Shown here: positions 41,395-53,199 of the stretch, in pieces | How the letters are laid out: each line of letters begins with the position of its first letter | Position numbering within the stretch: position 1 is the stretch's first letter | From: an uncultured Alphaproteobacteria bacterium | Lineage (GTDB): Bacteria > Pseudomonadota > Alphaproteobacteria > Acetobacterales > Acetobacteraceae | Assembly: GCA_963743035.1 (NCBI GenBank) | Contig: CAVUOB010000002.1 | Location: forward strand, 216,692-280,691 | Length of the DNA stretch: 64,000 nt | Direction: 5' to 3' | Position numbers and translations under genes: made by a program | Notes under the pieces: model-generated | Databases searched by the model: none | Seen by the model: only the letters and a program-made list of their open reading frames with translations | What the model was told of the DNA's origin: nothing

Positions 41395-42213
41395 CTAGCT
41401 TCCCACTTTCAACGTTGCTGTCATGCCGCGCAAGCAGGCCAGGATGGAATGCGGGGTAATTCGCCCGGTTCGCGGATTCTCCAGGCTGGGGACGTTCTCG
41501 ATCGTCATGGTCAGCCGCACCGACTCGGCCTCCAGCCGGATCGTGTGGGTGTTGCGCGTCACGCCGGGGTCGGCCCAGATCTGCACCCGCGTGCGCGTCG
41601 GCCCGATGCCGGCCAGCGCCAGGGCGGCGGCGACGTTCACGTTGGCCGGGAAACCGGCCGCGGCGTCGAGGGCATTGCCCTCGAACACCAGCATCGGCCG
41701 GTCGATGCCGGTGACGTCGATCCCGTGGCGCAGCAAATAGGGCGCGCCGGCCAGGCCCAAGGGCGGTTTGCGGGTTTCGATGGTCACGCTTTCCACCGGC
41801 CCTTCGGCCGCGGCGCGCACGGCGTCCAGCCCGAGCAGGGCGCCGGTGGGGATCACGATCCGCGCCCCGGTCTGTTGCGCACGGGCCGCCAGATGCATGC
41901 GCGGCAGTAAGGCGCCGGCGGAACTGGGCACGAAGATCCGTCCCGCCTCGATGGCCGGCACGGCGATCTGCTCGAACACTGAGGCCGGCGCCGCCTCCAC
42001 CACGATGTCGGCGGCGGCCAGATCCGGAAGGTCGACGATGTCCGGGCGGGAGCGGAATTCGGCGATGCTGGCGGCGGCCTTCTGCCGGTCTCGGGCGGCA
42101 ACCGCCATCAGGCGCAGTCCGGGAATCCCGGCGTCCAGGGAACGGGCGAGCGGCAGGCCGATGGCGCCGAGGCCGGCGATGCCGACGGTGTACGTGGGAC
42201 GCTGCCTTGTCAT
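41395..42213 (-). CDS. L-aspartate dehydrogenase-like protein (NadX family)
   Basis: MTRQRPTYTVGIAGLGAIG (Rossmann fold). The C-terminal block ...VFEGNA...FPANVNVAAALALAG...HTIRLEA...ENVPS.ENPRT matches the NadX pattern. Confidence 0.75.
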   Translation of the reverse strand: MTRQRPTYTVGIAGLGAIGLPLARSLDAGIPGLRLMAVAARDRQKAAASIAEFRSRPDIVDLPDLAAADIVVEAAPASVFEQIAVPAIEAGRIFVPSSAGALLPRMHLAARAQQTGARIVIPTGALLGLDAVRAAAEGPVESVTIETRKPPLGLAGAPYLLRHGIDVTGIDRPMLVFEGNALDAAAGFPANVNVAAALALAGIGPTRTRVQIWADPGVTRNTHTIRLEAESVRLTMTIENVPSLENPRTGRITPHSILACLRGMTATLKVGS

Positions 42214-42330
42214 TCCGGCCTCTGGCTGGGCGGATCGGGCCGGAGTGCCGCGCCGGCTACCATTGCCGGCACGGTATGGCCGCTCGAGGCGGGAAGGAAC
42301 TCGATCCAAGAAAACTGGCCAAAAAAGAAC

Positions 42331-42407
42331 TGGGGCGAACGACGGGGCTCGAACCCGCGACATCCAAGACCACAACCTGGCGCTCTACCAGCTGAGCTAC
42401 GTCCGCC
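42331..42407 (-). tRNA. tRNA-His (anticodon GTG) with genome-encoded G-1, C73 and CCA
   Basis: The reverse complement GGCGGACGTAGCTCAGCTGGTAGAGCGCCAGGTTGTGGTCTTGGATGTCGCGGGTTCGAGCCCCGTCGTTCGCCCCA folds as a cloverleaf. Anticodon loop is TTGTGGT, with an extra 5' G opposite C73. Confidence 0.95.
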
Positions 42408-42468
42408 ATCGGATGAAAGATCATCCTTCTTCCAGGGGGCGGCGTGTAGGACGTTCAGCCCCCATTCG

Positions 42469-43695
42469 TCAACCGGAAGCCGCGAGGGAGGGGGAGACGG
42501 GCATCGCATTCGACAGAAAATGCCGGCGCAGGCGGGCGATCGCCTCGTCCAGCACAGCGTCGCCCTTGCAGAAGGCGAAACGCGCATAGTGGGTGGGCGC
42601 GTCGGTCTCGTAGAAGGCGGAGACCGGGATGGCGGTCACGCCGGCCTGCTCGGTGATGTGGCGGCAGAACGCCACGTCGTCGCCGGCGAAGCCCAGCGGC
42701 GAGAAATCGGTGGTGATGAAGTAGCTGCCATGGGTGTCCAGCACGCCAAGGCCGAGCGAGGCCAGGCCCCTTGCCAGCCGGTCCCGCTTGGCCTGCAGCC
42801 CGGCGGACAGGGAGGCGAAATAGGCGTCGTCCTTGGCCAGCCCGACCGCGACGCCGCGCTGCAGGTTGGGCGCGCTGGTGAAGGTCAGGTTCTGGTGCGC
42901 CTTGGCGACGACGGTGGCGAGCGCCCTGGAGGCGCTGACATAGCCGATCTTCCAGCCGGTGAACGAGAATGTCTTGCCGGCGCTGCCGATGCGCATGCAG
43001 CGCTCGCGCATGCCGGGCAGGGCCATCAGCGGAATGTGCTTCCAGCCGTCGAAGGTCAGGTGCTCGTAGACCTCGTCGCAGATCGCATAGGTGTCGTGGC
43101 GCTGCACCAGATCGGCAATGAAACCGAGTTCCTCCGCGGTGAACACCTTGCCGCAGGGGTTCATCGGTGAGTTCAGCAGGATGGCCTTGGTCTTCGGCCC
43201 GAAGGCGGCGGCGAGCTCGGCGCGCGGCAGCTCCCAGTGCGGCGGCTCCAGCCGCACCAGGCGCGGGATGGCGCCCAGCATGCGCACCACCGGCAGGTAG
43301 GTGTCGTATAGCGGCTCGATCAGCACGACCTCGTCGCCGGGGTCGAGCACGGCCATCAGGCAGGCGGTGATCGCCTCGGTGGCGCCGGAGGTGACCACGA
43401 CCTCGCCGTCCGGGTCGATCTGCAGGCCGTAGAACCGCGCATTGGCAGCGGCGACGGCCTGGCGCAGCTCCGGTACGCCGGTCATCGGCGGATACTGGTT
43501 GCGGCCATCGCGCAGCGCGTCGATGGCGGCCTGGACGACGTCGTCCGGGCCGTCGGTGTCGGGAAAGCCCTGGCCGAGATTGATCGACTTGTGCTCCGTG
43601 GCCAGAGCGGACATCACCGTGAAGATGGTGGTGCCGGTGGCGGCGAGCAGGGAATTGACAGTCTTCACCTCGGGTCGGTCTCCTGGGCCAGTCAC
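42469..43695 (-). CDS. Class I/II PLP aminotransferase (YbdL / kynurenine-oxoglutarate transaminase-like)
   Basis: Motifs LGQGFPD, NSPMNPCGKVF and SAGKTFSFTGWKIGY. GTG start at 43695, or 43668 (AGGAG upstream). Confidence 0.85.
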   Translation of the reverse strand: MTGPGDRPEVKTVNSLLAATGTTIFTVMSALATEHKSINLGQGFPDTDGPDDVVQAAIDALRDGRNQYPPMTGVPELRQAVAAANARFYGLQIDPDGEVVVTSGATEAITACLMAVLDPGDEVVLIEPLYDTYLPVVRMLGAIPRLVRLEPPHWELPRAELAAAFGPKTKAILLNSPMNPCGKVFTAEELGFIADLVQRHDTYAICDEVYEHLTFDGWKHIPLMALPGMRERCMRIGSAGKTFSFTGWKIGYVSASRALATVVAKAHQNLTFTSAPNLQRGVAVGLAKDDAYFASLSAGLQAKRDRLARGLASLGLGVLDTHGSYFITTDFSPLGFAGDDVAFCRHITEQAGVTAIPVSAFYETDAPTHYARFAFCKGDAVLDEAIARLRRHFLSNAMPVSPSLAASG

Positions 43696-43972
43696 TGGGG
43701 ACAGTCGTGGGGGGCAGTCGCGGGGGCGGTCGCAAGAGCGATCGCGCGCGAGGACCGCGCGGGAGGCACTATGGGTCCGCCGGCCACAAGGTTCAATCGG
43801 CCTGTCTCGCTTCGTCTCCTGCAGCGAAACCGTCCGGCACGGCCAGACTGCCTCCTAAACAAGCTGTCACGATTGCTCAATATTCGGGCAGAACCGCTGC
43901 CATTCGCCCAACGGACGGGCGGCCGCATTCGCATCAGAACCGGGCGGGCGTCGGTTTTGGGGATTTTCCACG

Positions 43973-43988
43973 TGGCACGCCGCATGCA
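43973..43988 (+). promoter_or_regulatory. Sigma54 (-24/-12) promoter upstream of glnB
   Basis: TGGCACGCCGCATGCA versus consensus TGGCACG-N4-TTGCW, with GG and GC correctly spaced. It lies about 90 nt upstream of the glnB ATG. Confidence 0.6.
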
Positions 43989-44043
43989 ACCCTTTGCGGC
44001 CGCCACCAATTCGCTCTAAGCGTTCGGGCAGCCTTGACACTGA

Positions 44044-44414
<371 letters not shown>

Positions 44415-44543
44415 CCATGGCGCCGGCCGAGGCCGGGCAGGACCCATCGGTCCGGCCAGCCTGCGGCGGTGACAGCCTTCGACCACACCGGGTAACTGCC
44501 GCTTCCGGCCCGCGGCGAGACGACTAGCCGGGCCGGGCGAATC

Positions 44544-44570
44544 AGGAGCCACGTGGGGTGGCTCCGTATT
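44544..44570 (+). terminator. Possible attenuator/terminator hairpin between glnB and glnA
   Basis: GGAGCCAC-gtggg-GTGGCTCC followed by GTATTT. The stem is short and the U-tract weak. Confidence 0.3.
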
Positions 44571-44635
44571 TCCTGCCATGACCGGACCGCAGACGCGGCC
44601 GGCATGGCGCATGACGAGAGGACGGGGACGAAGTT

Positions 44636-46070
<1,435 letters not shown>

Positions 46071-46122
46071 TCCTTCGTCTGCCATTGGGCCGGCCTTCGG
46101 GCCGGCATTGGACAAGCTGCAA

Positions 46123-46163
46123 GCCCCCCGTCTTCCGCAAGGAAGGCGGGGGGCTTCGCGTTT
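46123..46163 (+). terminator. Intrinsic terminator after glnA
   Basis: GCCCCCCGTCTTCC-gcaa-GGAAGGCGGGGGGC followed by TTCGCGTTT. Confidence 0.7.
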
Positions 46164-46372
46164 GAGGCCTATTCGGCCTGCCGGAACGGCGCGGCGGAAT
46201 AGTTGCACGTGGCGCGGGCAGAACCCTCACAGGGTTTCCCCAGGCAAACGCCCCATAAATCCGAAGCAGTTGCCTAGCGCTTAGGCATTCCCGCGGCCAC
46301 ACCGTGGCGCTGTCGCCACGTTCCTGCGGTGGAGTGGGCAGTTATGAACCGGAATCCATGTTCTGGCGAGAC

Positions 46373-46388
46373 TGGCACGGTTCTTGAA
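46373..46388 (+). promoter_or_regulatory. Sigma54-like -24/-12 element upstream of glnK-amtB (imperfect -12)
   Basis: TGGCACGGTTCTTGAA. The -24 half is perfect; the -12 half is TTGA instead of TTGC. It lies about 155 nt upstream of the glnK ATG. Confidence 0.35.
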
Positions 46389-46531
46389 ACAGCAATGACA
46401 CGACCGGTCGTCCGGTTCCTCCACGGTGGAGGGCCGGGCACGGCCGGGGAGGCCATCGAGGCAATGAAAGACAGACCTATGAGCAACGGGCCGAGGGACC
46501 ACAGGCCGATGGAACACGTAAAGATGCATAG

Positions 46532-46882
<351 letters not shown>

Positions 46883-46905
46883 CCCATAAAAGAGAGAGCT
46901 GGAAC

Positions 46906-48325
46906 ATGAAACCATCCCGCCTGATTGTGGGCGCCGCGGCGCTGCTGCCGATACTGCTCGTCGGCGTCGCCGTGTTTGCCCCCGCCTTCGCCGAGGACGC
47001 CAAGCCCGCGGCGGATGCCGCCGCCGCCGCCGCGCCCGCTGCCGCCGCGGCCGCCGCCAAGATCGATAGCGGCGATACCGCCTGGATGCTCACCAGCACC
47101 GCGCTGGTGCTGATGATGACCATCCCCGGCCTCGGCGCTGTTCTATGCCGGCATGGTGCGCAAGAAGAACGTGCTCGCCACCTTGATGCAGTCCTTCGCG
47201 ATCTGCTGCCTGGTTACCATCGTGTGGATGGTCGCCGGCTACAGCCTGGCCTTCACCAACGGCAACGCCTATGTCGGCGATCTCTCGCGGCTGATGCTGC
47301 ACGGCATCGCCGACGGCATCAGCAAGGGCACCGACGTGCCCTTCGTGCTCGGTGCCGGCAGTGACAATGCCCAGCCGCAGACGATCCCCGAGACCGTCTA
47401 CATGATGTTCCAGATGACCTTCGCGATCATCACCCCGGCGCTGATCGCCGGCGCCTTTGCCGATCGCATGAAGTTCTCGGCAATGTGCGTGTTCATGGTG
47501 CTGTGGTCGCTGATCGTCTACTCGCCGGTCGCGCACTGGGTGTGGAGCGCCACCGGCTGGGTCGGCGGCTTGGGCGTGCTGGACTTCGCCGGCGGCACCG
47601 TGGTGCATATCAACGCGGGCATCGCCGGGCTGGTCTGCGCGCTGGTGCTGGGCAAGCGGCTTGGCTACGGCACCGACAACATGGCGCCGTACAATGTCAG
47701 CTATGCCGTGATCGGCGCGTCTCTGCTGTGGGTGGGCTGGTTCGGGTTCAACGCCGGTTCTGCCGTCAGCTCTGGCGGGCGTGCCGGCATGGCGATGACC
47801 GTGACCCAGATCGCCACAGCCGCCGCGGCGCTGGGCTGGATGTTCGCGGAATGGATCACCAAGGGCAAACCCTCGGTGCTCGGCATCGTCTCCGGCGCCG
47901 TCGCGGGCCTGGTCGCGATCACCCCGGCCTCGGGCTTCGTGCTGCCTGGCGGCGCCTTGGTCATCGGCGTCGCCGCCGGCGTGATCTGCTTCTGGGCGGC
48001 CACCAGCCTGAAGCACATGCTGGGCTACGATGACAGCCTGGACTGCTTCGGCGTGCACGGCGTTGGCGGCATCATCGGCGCGCTGCTGACCGGCGTGTTC
48101 GCCTACGGGCCGCTGTCGGCAACCGATGCCAACCCGGATGGCAGCCCGGGCGGCATGCACCAGCTCTATCTGCAGGCGATCGGCGTGTGTTCGACGCTGA
48201 TCTACAGCGGCGTCATGACCTTCATCATTCTGAAGATCGTCGATGCCGTGATCGGCCTGCGCGTTGATACCGAGGAAGAGCGCGAAGGCCTCGACCTCGT
48301 GCTGCACGGCGAACAGATCTTCTGA
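46906..48325 (+). pseudogene. amtB: Ammonium transporter AmtB, 1-nt insertion-type frameshift at 47134-47135
   Basis: ORF 46879..47364 gives the signal peptide and ...DTAWMLTSTALVLMMTIPGL. ORF 47153..48325 is the rest of Amt. The +1 frame across the join reads ALFYAGMVRKKNVLATLMQSF. Confidence 0.9.
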
Positions 48326-48495
48326 TCTGAACCGCGGTTCGGGGGCGCTCCGCAAGGATGCCCCCGAACCTGCGGACCCCACGGCGGCGGCCGACCCGTC
48401 TGCCCTTATCGGATGAATACACGCCAGCCAGGCAACCAACATGGAAACTTTATGTGGACCCGGCCGACAAGGCCCTCCCGCAACGGAGACGACAG

Positions 48496-49854
48496 ATGCG
48501 ACGGCACGCCTTTAGCGACATACAGACTTCCTGCTTCTCCCCCGGAACGCTGCTGCGTTCGACCACAGCCCTGGCCACCGTTGTCGCCTTGACAGCCTCC
48601 ATGGCTGCGCGCGCCGATGACACCACGCCGGCGCCCGCCACTGCTCCGGCGCCTACGCCGGCTGCTGCCGCCGAGGCCCCTCCGCCCGGTTACTATATCA
48701 ACGGCATCCACCTGGGCGCGCAGTTCGACGGCGGGTTCTACGGCAATGCCAGCAGCCCGCAGAACGGCGTGAACATCGGCCAGTCCTTTACCGACCGGTC
48801 GAACAGCGTCCTGCTCAACCAGGTGCTGCTCACGGTGGAAAAGCAGCTCGACAAGAAGGCCACCGACTATGATTTCGGCTTCAAGCTGCAGGGCATGTAC
48901 GGCACCGATGCCCGCTACACGCATTTCCTGAACGAGCTCAGTAACGTCACCAACCAGCGGACCCAGTTCGACGTCGTCGAGGCATCGCTTTCCGCGCATA
49001 CGCCGTGGCTGACCGAAGGTGGCATCGACTTCAAGGTGGGCCAGTTCCCGACCCTGCTGGGCTTCGAGACGATCGATCCGTCCACCAACCCGTTCTACTC
49101 ACACAGTTACATATTTAACTATAGCCTGCCGTTCAAGCACACCGGCGCCTACTCGATCACGCATGTCATTCCGGAACTGGATATCTACCTGCAAATCGAT
49201 ACCGGCAACCAGACGAGCTTCGGCAACGGCGACAACAACGGTGCGATCGCCGGCATGGCGGGTGTTGGCAGCACCTTGCTGGACGGCAATCTGACCCTGC
49301 TGGCGCTGTCGCATTTCGGCCCGGAGCAGGCGACCCGGCTCGTCGGGCCGCTCGCGAATACCTATTACCGATACTACAACGACGCCTACGTGACGTATAA
49401 ATTCAACGACAAGCTTACCTTCACGACCGAGTTCAGCTGGGTTCATGATGCCCTCGGCGCCAACATCAATGGCCAGAAGGGCGCGGACGCCTATGGCGCC
49501 GCGCAGTACGTGACTTATGCCCTCACCGATACCATCGCGCTGAATGCGCGGGCCGAGGTCTTCCGCGACCAGAACAACTTCTTCGTCGGGGCCTTCGCCA
49601 ACAGCCTCGGTCCGGTCCAGGCGTTGGGGGGCAACCCGCCGGCCACGCTCGTCCCGGCCGCGGTCAATGGCACCACCTACGGCGCCATCACGCTGGGCTT
49701 CACCTACAAGCCCGAAGTGCCGGCCGCCATCACCACGCTGCTGATCCGTCCGGAGATCCGCTACGACAATGCGATGAGCGGCGGCAAGCCGTTCAACAAC
49801 CAGAAGGACGGCGACGCGTTCTTCTTTGGTGCGGATGTCGTTCTCGGCTTCTGA
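48496..49854 (+). CDS. Outer-membrane beta-barrel porin-like protein (OmpL-like/BBP2-type suspected)
   Basis: GGAGA lies 6 nt before ATG 48496. Signal peptide ending ...MAARA. Alternating beta-strand pattern, Tyr/Gly/Asn-rich, C-terminal ...FFFGADVVLGF. Confidence 0.65.
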   Translation: MRRHAFSDIQTSCFSPGTLLRSTTALATVVALTASMAARADDTTPAPATAPAPTPAAAAEAPPPGYYINGIHLGAQFDGGFYGNASSPQNGVNIGQSFTDRSNSVLLNQVLLTVEKQLDKKATDYDFGFKLQGMYGTDARYTHFLNELSNVTNQRTQFDVVEASLSAHTPWLTEGGIDFKVGQFPTLLGFETIDPSTNPFYSHSYIFNYSLPFKHTGAYSITHVIPELDIYLQIDTGNQTSFGNGDNNGAIAGMAGVGSTLLDGNLTLLALSHFGPEQATRLVGPLANTYYRYYNDAYVTYKFNDKLTFTTEFSWVHDALGANINGQKGADAYGAAQYVTYALTDTIALNARAEVFRDQNNFFVGAFANSLGPVQALGGNPPATLVPAAVNGTTYGAITLGFTYKPEVPAAITTLLIRPEIRYDNAMSGGKPFNNQKDGDAFFFGADVVLGF

Positions 49855-49879
49855 TCCCTCCCGGAAGCCGATGGGGAAG

Positions 49880-49912
49880 CGGGGCGTTTGTGGCACGGGC
49901 GCCCCGTTTTCT
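49880..49912 (+). terminator. Intrinsic terminator after the porin gene
   Basis: CGGGGCG-13 nt loop-CGCCCCG followed by TTTTCTT. Confidence 0.7.
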
Positions 49913-49956
49913 TGGCCGGAACCATATCCCCCGCTGAACCCGGGCGGCAGGCCGGT

Positions 49957-50382
49957 TCAGTAGTTCGGCCACAGTCCGGGGGTGGCGATTTCCAGCGAAT
50001 GCCCGTCGGGGTCGCGGAAATACAGGCTGGTGGAACCGCGCGGCCAGTGCAGCCGGGATTCCACCGTTATCGCCTCGCGCGCCAGATGCGCCTCCCAGTC
50101 GTCCAATGCCTCCCTGGCGATGGCGAAGCACAGATGCAGATGGCCGCTGCCATGATGCGGCGGGATCATGCCATCTGCGGCCGGCGCAGGATGGTCGGTC
50201 GCGCCGATGCGAAACAGCAGCAGCACCTGCGCGCCCGGGACCCCCATCGCGCACATGCGATGGTCGTGGAAGAAGGTCTGGAAGCCGAAGACGCGCGCAT
50301 AGAATTCCTGCGACCGGTCGATATCGGCGACGTAGAGCGCTGTCTCCAGCACGCCGGCGATGGCTGGCGGGGTGTCGGTCAT
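49957..50382 (-). CDS. VOC/glyoxalase-bleomycin-resistance-dioxygenase superfamily protein
   Basis: MTDTPPAIAGVLETALYVADIDRSQEFY...SLYFRDPDGHSLEI. Its start lies 1 nt after the upstream stop. Confidence 0.8.
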   Translation of the reverse strand: MTDTPPAIAGVLETALYVADIDRSQEFYARVFGFQTFFHDHRMCAMGVPGAQVLLLFRIGATDHPAPAADGMIPPHHGSGHLHLCFAIAREALDDWEAHLAREAITVESRLHWPRGSTSLYFRDPDGHSLEIATPGLWPNY

Positions 50383-50383
50383 C

Positions 50384-51268
50384 CTATTCGGCGGCGACCT
50401 CCTTGATCTCGAAGAACCGGCGCTTGGCTGTGGTCTGGTTTTCGTAGATCGAGCCCTGGCGGGGCGAGGGCGGCAGCGGCAGGCGCACCGGCACATCCAT
50501 CATGCGCGGCGTCGCGGTCGGGCTGCCGGAGATCAGCCTGGAATTGAACTCGTCCCAGTCCTTCACGCCCAGAATGGGCCAGGCGTCGGCGGCGGCGTAT
50601 TCATACAGCAGCAGCTGGCGGGGCCGGCTCGAGGTGTTCTGCGCCGAGCCATGCACGGCGCGCACGTGATGGAAGCTCATTGAACCGGCCGGGCCGCTCA
50701 GGGTCACGGCCCTGGGCAGATCGACCTCGCCGCGCGCCGGGTCCATGGCGCCGCAGAAGAAGCCTTCGTCGTTGTGGTGGTCGAAGACCGGCCCCTTGTG
50801 CGAGCCGGGAATGACCATCAGCGGGCCGTTCTCCGGCAGCATGTCGTCCAGCATCACGCCCACGGCCAGCACATCGTCGTTGGTGTGCGGATAGAAGGCC
50901 CAGTCCTGGTGCCATTCCACCGGGGAGCCGTATTGCGGCGCCTTCAGGTTGATCTTGGAGCCATGCAGCCGCGCGCCCGACGGGCCGAGCAGCTGCTCCA
51001 GCACGCGGACCAGCTTGGGATCGCGGCAGATGTCCCAGAACAGCGCGTGGTTCTTGTGCGGCGACTTGATGCGCCGGACCCGGGGGGCCTGCGGCGTATG
51101 CGAGGGTTCCAGATCGTAGACATCGGTATGTTCCGTGGTCCCGGCGCTGTCGGCAACGAACTCCGCGATCACCTGGCGCGCCCGCGCCAGGGTCGGCGGG
51201 TCGAGCATGTCGGGCACCACGATGTAGCCGGTCTCGTGGTATTCTTCGATCTGCTGCTGCGTGAGCAT
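50384..51268 (-). CDS. Phytanoyl-CoA dioxygenase (PhyH)-family Fe(II)/2-oxoglutarate oxygenase
   Basis: 294 aa starting MLTQQQIEEYHETGYIVVPDML..., with WHQDWAFYP (HxD) and a distal His (HHVRAVHGS). Confidence 0.8.
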   Translation of the reverse strand: MLTQQQIEEYHETGYIVVPDMLDPPTLARARQVIAEFVADSAGTTEHTDVYDLEPSHTPQAPRVRRIKSPHKNHALFWDICRDPKLVRVLEQLLGPSGARLHGSKINLKAPQYGSPVEWHQDWAFYPHTNDDVLAVGVMLDDMLPENGPLMVIPGSHKGPVFDHHNDEGFFCGAMDPARGEVDLPRAVTLSGPAGSMSFHHVRAVHGSAQNTSSRPRQLLLYEYAAADAWPILGVKDWDEFNSRLISGSPTATPRMMDVPVRLPLPPSPRQGSIYENQTTAKRRFFEIKEVAAE

Positions 51269-51286
51269 GGTCGTCTCCCTTGCCGC

Positions 51287-52039
51287 TCACATGGCGGCGG
51301 TCAGTCCTCCGTCGACCATCAGGATATGGCCGGTGACGAAGGATGCGGCGTCGGAAGCCAGGAACACGGTGGGGCCGGCGAGTTCGTCCGGCCTGCCCCA
51401 ACGCGCCATCGGCGCGCGCCCGGCGATATATTGATGGAATTTCTCATCCGCGTGCAACGCCTCGGTCGCGTCCGTCGGGAAGAACCCGGGCGCCAGCGCA
51501 TTGACGGTGATGGCGTGCGGCGCCAGTTCCACCGCCAGTGCCCGTGTCATGCCGTACAGCCCGGCCTTGGCGGTGATGTAGCCGGGGATCGTGGGCCGGG
51601 CGACCTGGCCCATGACGGAGGAGACGATGATGATCCGTCCCCGCCTGCGCGGCACCATCATCCGGGCCGCTTCGCGCGACAGGCGGAAGCAGGAGGTCAG
51701 ATTGGCGTCGATCACGCGCTGCCAGTCGGCGTCGGTGGTTTCCAGCAATGGCTTGCGCGGGATGATGCCGGCATTGTTGACCAGGATGTCCAGCGCCCCG
51801 TGCCGTTCGGCGATGGCGGCAAAGCCGGCGAGCACCGCTGCTTCGTCGGTGACGTCGAAACGCACGCTGTCGATGGCGCCGGCGGCCGCCTGCTGCGCTT
51901 CCAGCGCCGTCCGGTCCCGCCCGTGCAGGATCACGCGGGCGCCGGCCTCCGCCAGGCCGCGGGCGATCGCCGCACCCAGGCCACGGGAACTTCCCGTGAC
52001 CAAAGCGAGGCGACCGTGCAGAGAGAACTTGTCGGCCAT
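51287..52039 (-). CDS. SDR-family oxidoreductase (gluconate-5-dehydrogenase/KduD-like)
   Basis: LALVTGSSRGLGAAIA and Y-x3-K (YITAKAG). The ATG shares its A with the upstream TGA (TGATG). Confidence 0.85.
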   Translation of the reverse strand: MADKFSLHGRLALVTGSSRGLGAAIARGLAEAGARVILHGRDRTALEAQQAAAGAIDSVRFDVTDEAAVLAGFAAIAERHGALDILVNNAGIIPRKPLLETTDADWQRVIDANLTSCFRLSREAARMMVPRRRGRIIIVSSVMGQVARPTIPGYITAKAGLYGMTRALAVELAPHAITVNALAPGFFPTDATEALHADEKFHQYIAGRAPMARWGRPDELAGPTVFLASDAASFVTGHILMVDGGLTAAM

Positions 52040-53082
52040 CAGCTGTTCGGCCCGCGCTCCATCGACACCGGCTGCCAGCGCCGCAGATCCGATTTCATCA
52101 GCACCGACGGGTTCACGCAGCTCATCGGCCATTTGCCGGCGACCGACAGCGCCAGCTCCTGCCCGACGCGGCGCTTGCGGGCGGGATCGAACCGGGCGGA
52201 GGCCGATGCGGTGTGCGCCGACAGCGTGACATTGCCCATCTTCAGCAGCGGATTGTTGTCGCCGGGCGGCTCCTGCTCCAGCACGTCGAGAGCGGCATGG
52301 GCGATCCATCCTTCGTCCAGCGCCTTGATCAGCGCCGCCTCGTCCACCGTCGGGCCGCGGCCGCAATTGATGAACACGGCATTCGGTTTCATCTGCCGGA
52401 AATGCTTTTCCTTCAGCATCCCCTGCGCTTCCGGCGTGGCGGGGGCGTGCATCGAAATGAAATCGGATTGCTGCAGCACTTCGGAAAGACTGGCCGGCTG
52501 CACGTCGTATTGCGGCATGACCAGTTCCTCGATGAACGGGTCATAGGCGATCATGCGCAGGCCGAACGCCTTGGCGCGCAGGGCGACCAGGCGGGCGACG
52601 TGGCCGAAGGCGATGAAGCCGAGCGTCTGACCCATCAGGCGCGGGATTTTCAGCAGCGCCGGGCGGCCTTCGCGCCAGCGGCCTTCCCGCACCATCCGGT
52701 CCTGCTCGATCACGCGGCGATGGCCGGCCAGCAGCAGCGCCATGGCGTGGTCGGCGACCTCCTCGATGAAGGTGTCCGGGCAGTTGGTGACGGGAATGCC
52801 ACGCGCGGTGGCGGCGGCGACATCGACGCTGTCCACGCCGACGCTGCCGAGCGCGATGATGCGGCATTTCTGCAGATTGTCGATGATCGCTTTGGTGATC
52901 GGAATGCCCTTGGCGTAGATCGCATCCGCGTCTCTCGAAGCGGCCATGAATCCGGCCTCGTCGGTCGGGCCTTCGATGATTTCGGCGTCCAGGCTTTCCA
53001 GCGCCTCCATCTCATGGTCGTAACCGCCGCCAGCGACGGTGAAGCTCGCGCCTGCCGGGGTGACGATCTTGAATTTTGCCAT
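52039..53082 (-). CDS. D-isomer-specific 2-hydroxyacid dehydrogenase family protein
   Basis: MAKFKIVTP..., NAD-binding motif GFIAFGHVARLVA, and catalytic region ...NCGRGPTVDE...HTA. AAGGAGAG upstream. Confidence 0.85.
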   Translation of the reverse strand: MAKFKIVTPAGASFTVAGGGYDHEMEALESLDAEIIEGPTDEAGFMAASRDADAIYAKGIPITKAIIDNLQKCRIIALGSVGVDSVDVAAATARGIPVTNCPDTFIEEVADHAMALLLAGHRRVIEQDRMVREGRWREGRPALLKIPRLMGQTLGFIAFGHVARLVALRAKAFGLRMIAYDPFIEELVMPQYDVQPASLSEVLQQSDFISMHAPATPEAQGMLKEKHFRQMKPNAVFINCGRGPTVDEAALIKALDEGWIAHAALDVLEQEPPGDNNPLLKMGNVTLSAHTASASARFDPARKRRVGQELALSVAGKWPMSCVNPSVLMKSDLRRWQPVSMERGPNS

Positions 53083-53199
53083 GGTTGCGTTTCTCTCCTT
53101 GTTTCTGTCGTGGACGCATCTGGGACGGCCGTCGGGCCATCTTATCCTCTCCACCGCCTTGGGGGAGAGGGCAGGGTGAGGGGGGTTGCTTTTGGCGGG

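Noticed and set aside
40228-41910. ORFs that start in or read through the palindromic repeats (40228..41910, 40122..40412, 40226..40561, 61834..62421, 60918..61841, 21660..21941)
   Set aside because: The Gly/Pro/Ala-rich translations (…GLGQSP…, …PLQGGGAAP…) are by-products of GC-rich hairpin arms, and both strands give similar peptides. There is no SD or start geometry.
42214-42468. tRNA-His as the boundary of a genomic island
   Set aside because: No integrase, no direct repeat of the tRNA 3' end, and no compositional break are visible. The flanking genes (aspartate dehydrogenase, aminotransferase, glnB) look like core metabolism.
53083-53199. CCTCTCC...GGAGAGG hairpin and G-rich tract between the enolase-family gene and the 2-hydroxyacid dehydrogenase as another repeat-family member
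   Set aside because: It shares only generic GC-hairpin character with copies A-C, with no shared blocks or multi-hairpin architecture. It also contains the AAGGAGAG ribosome-binding site for the downstream gene.
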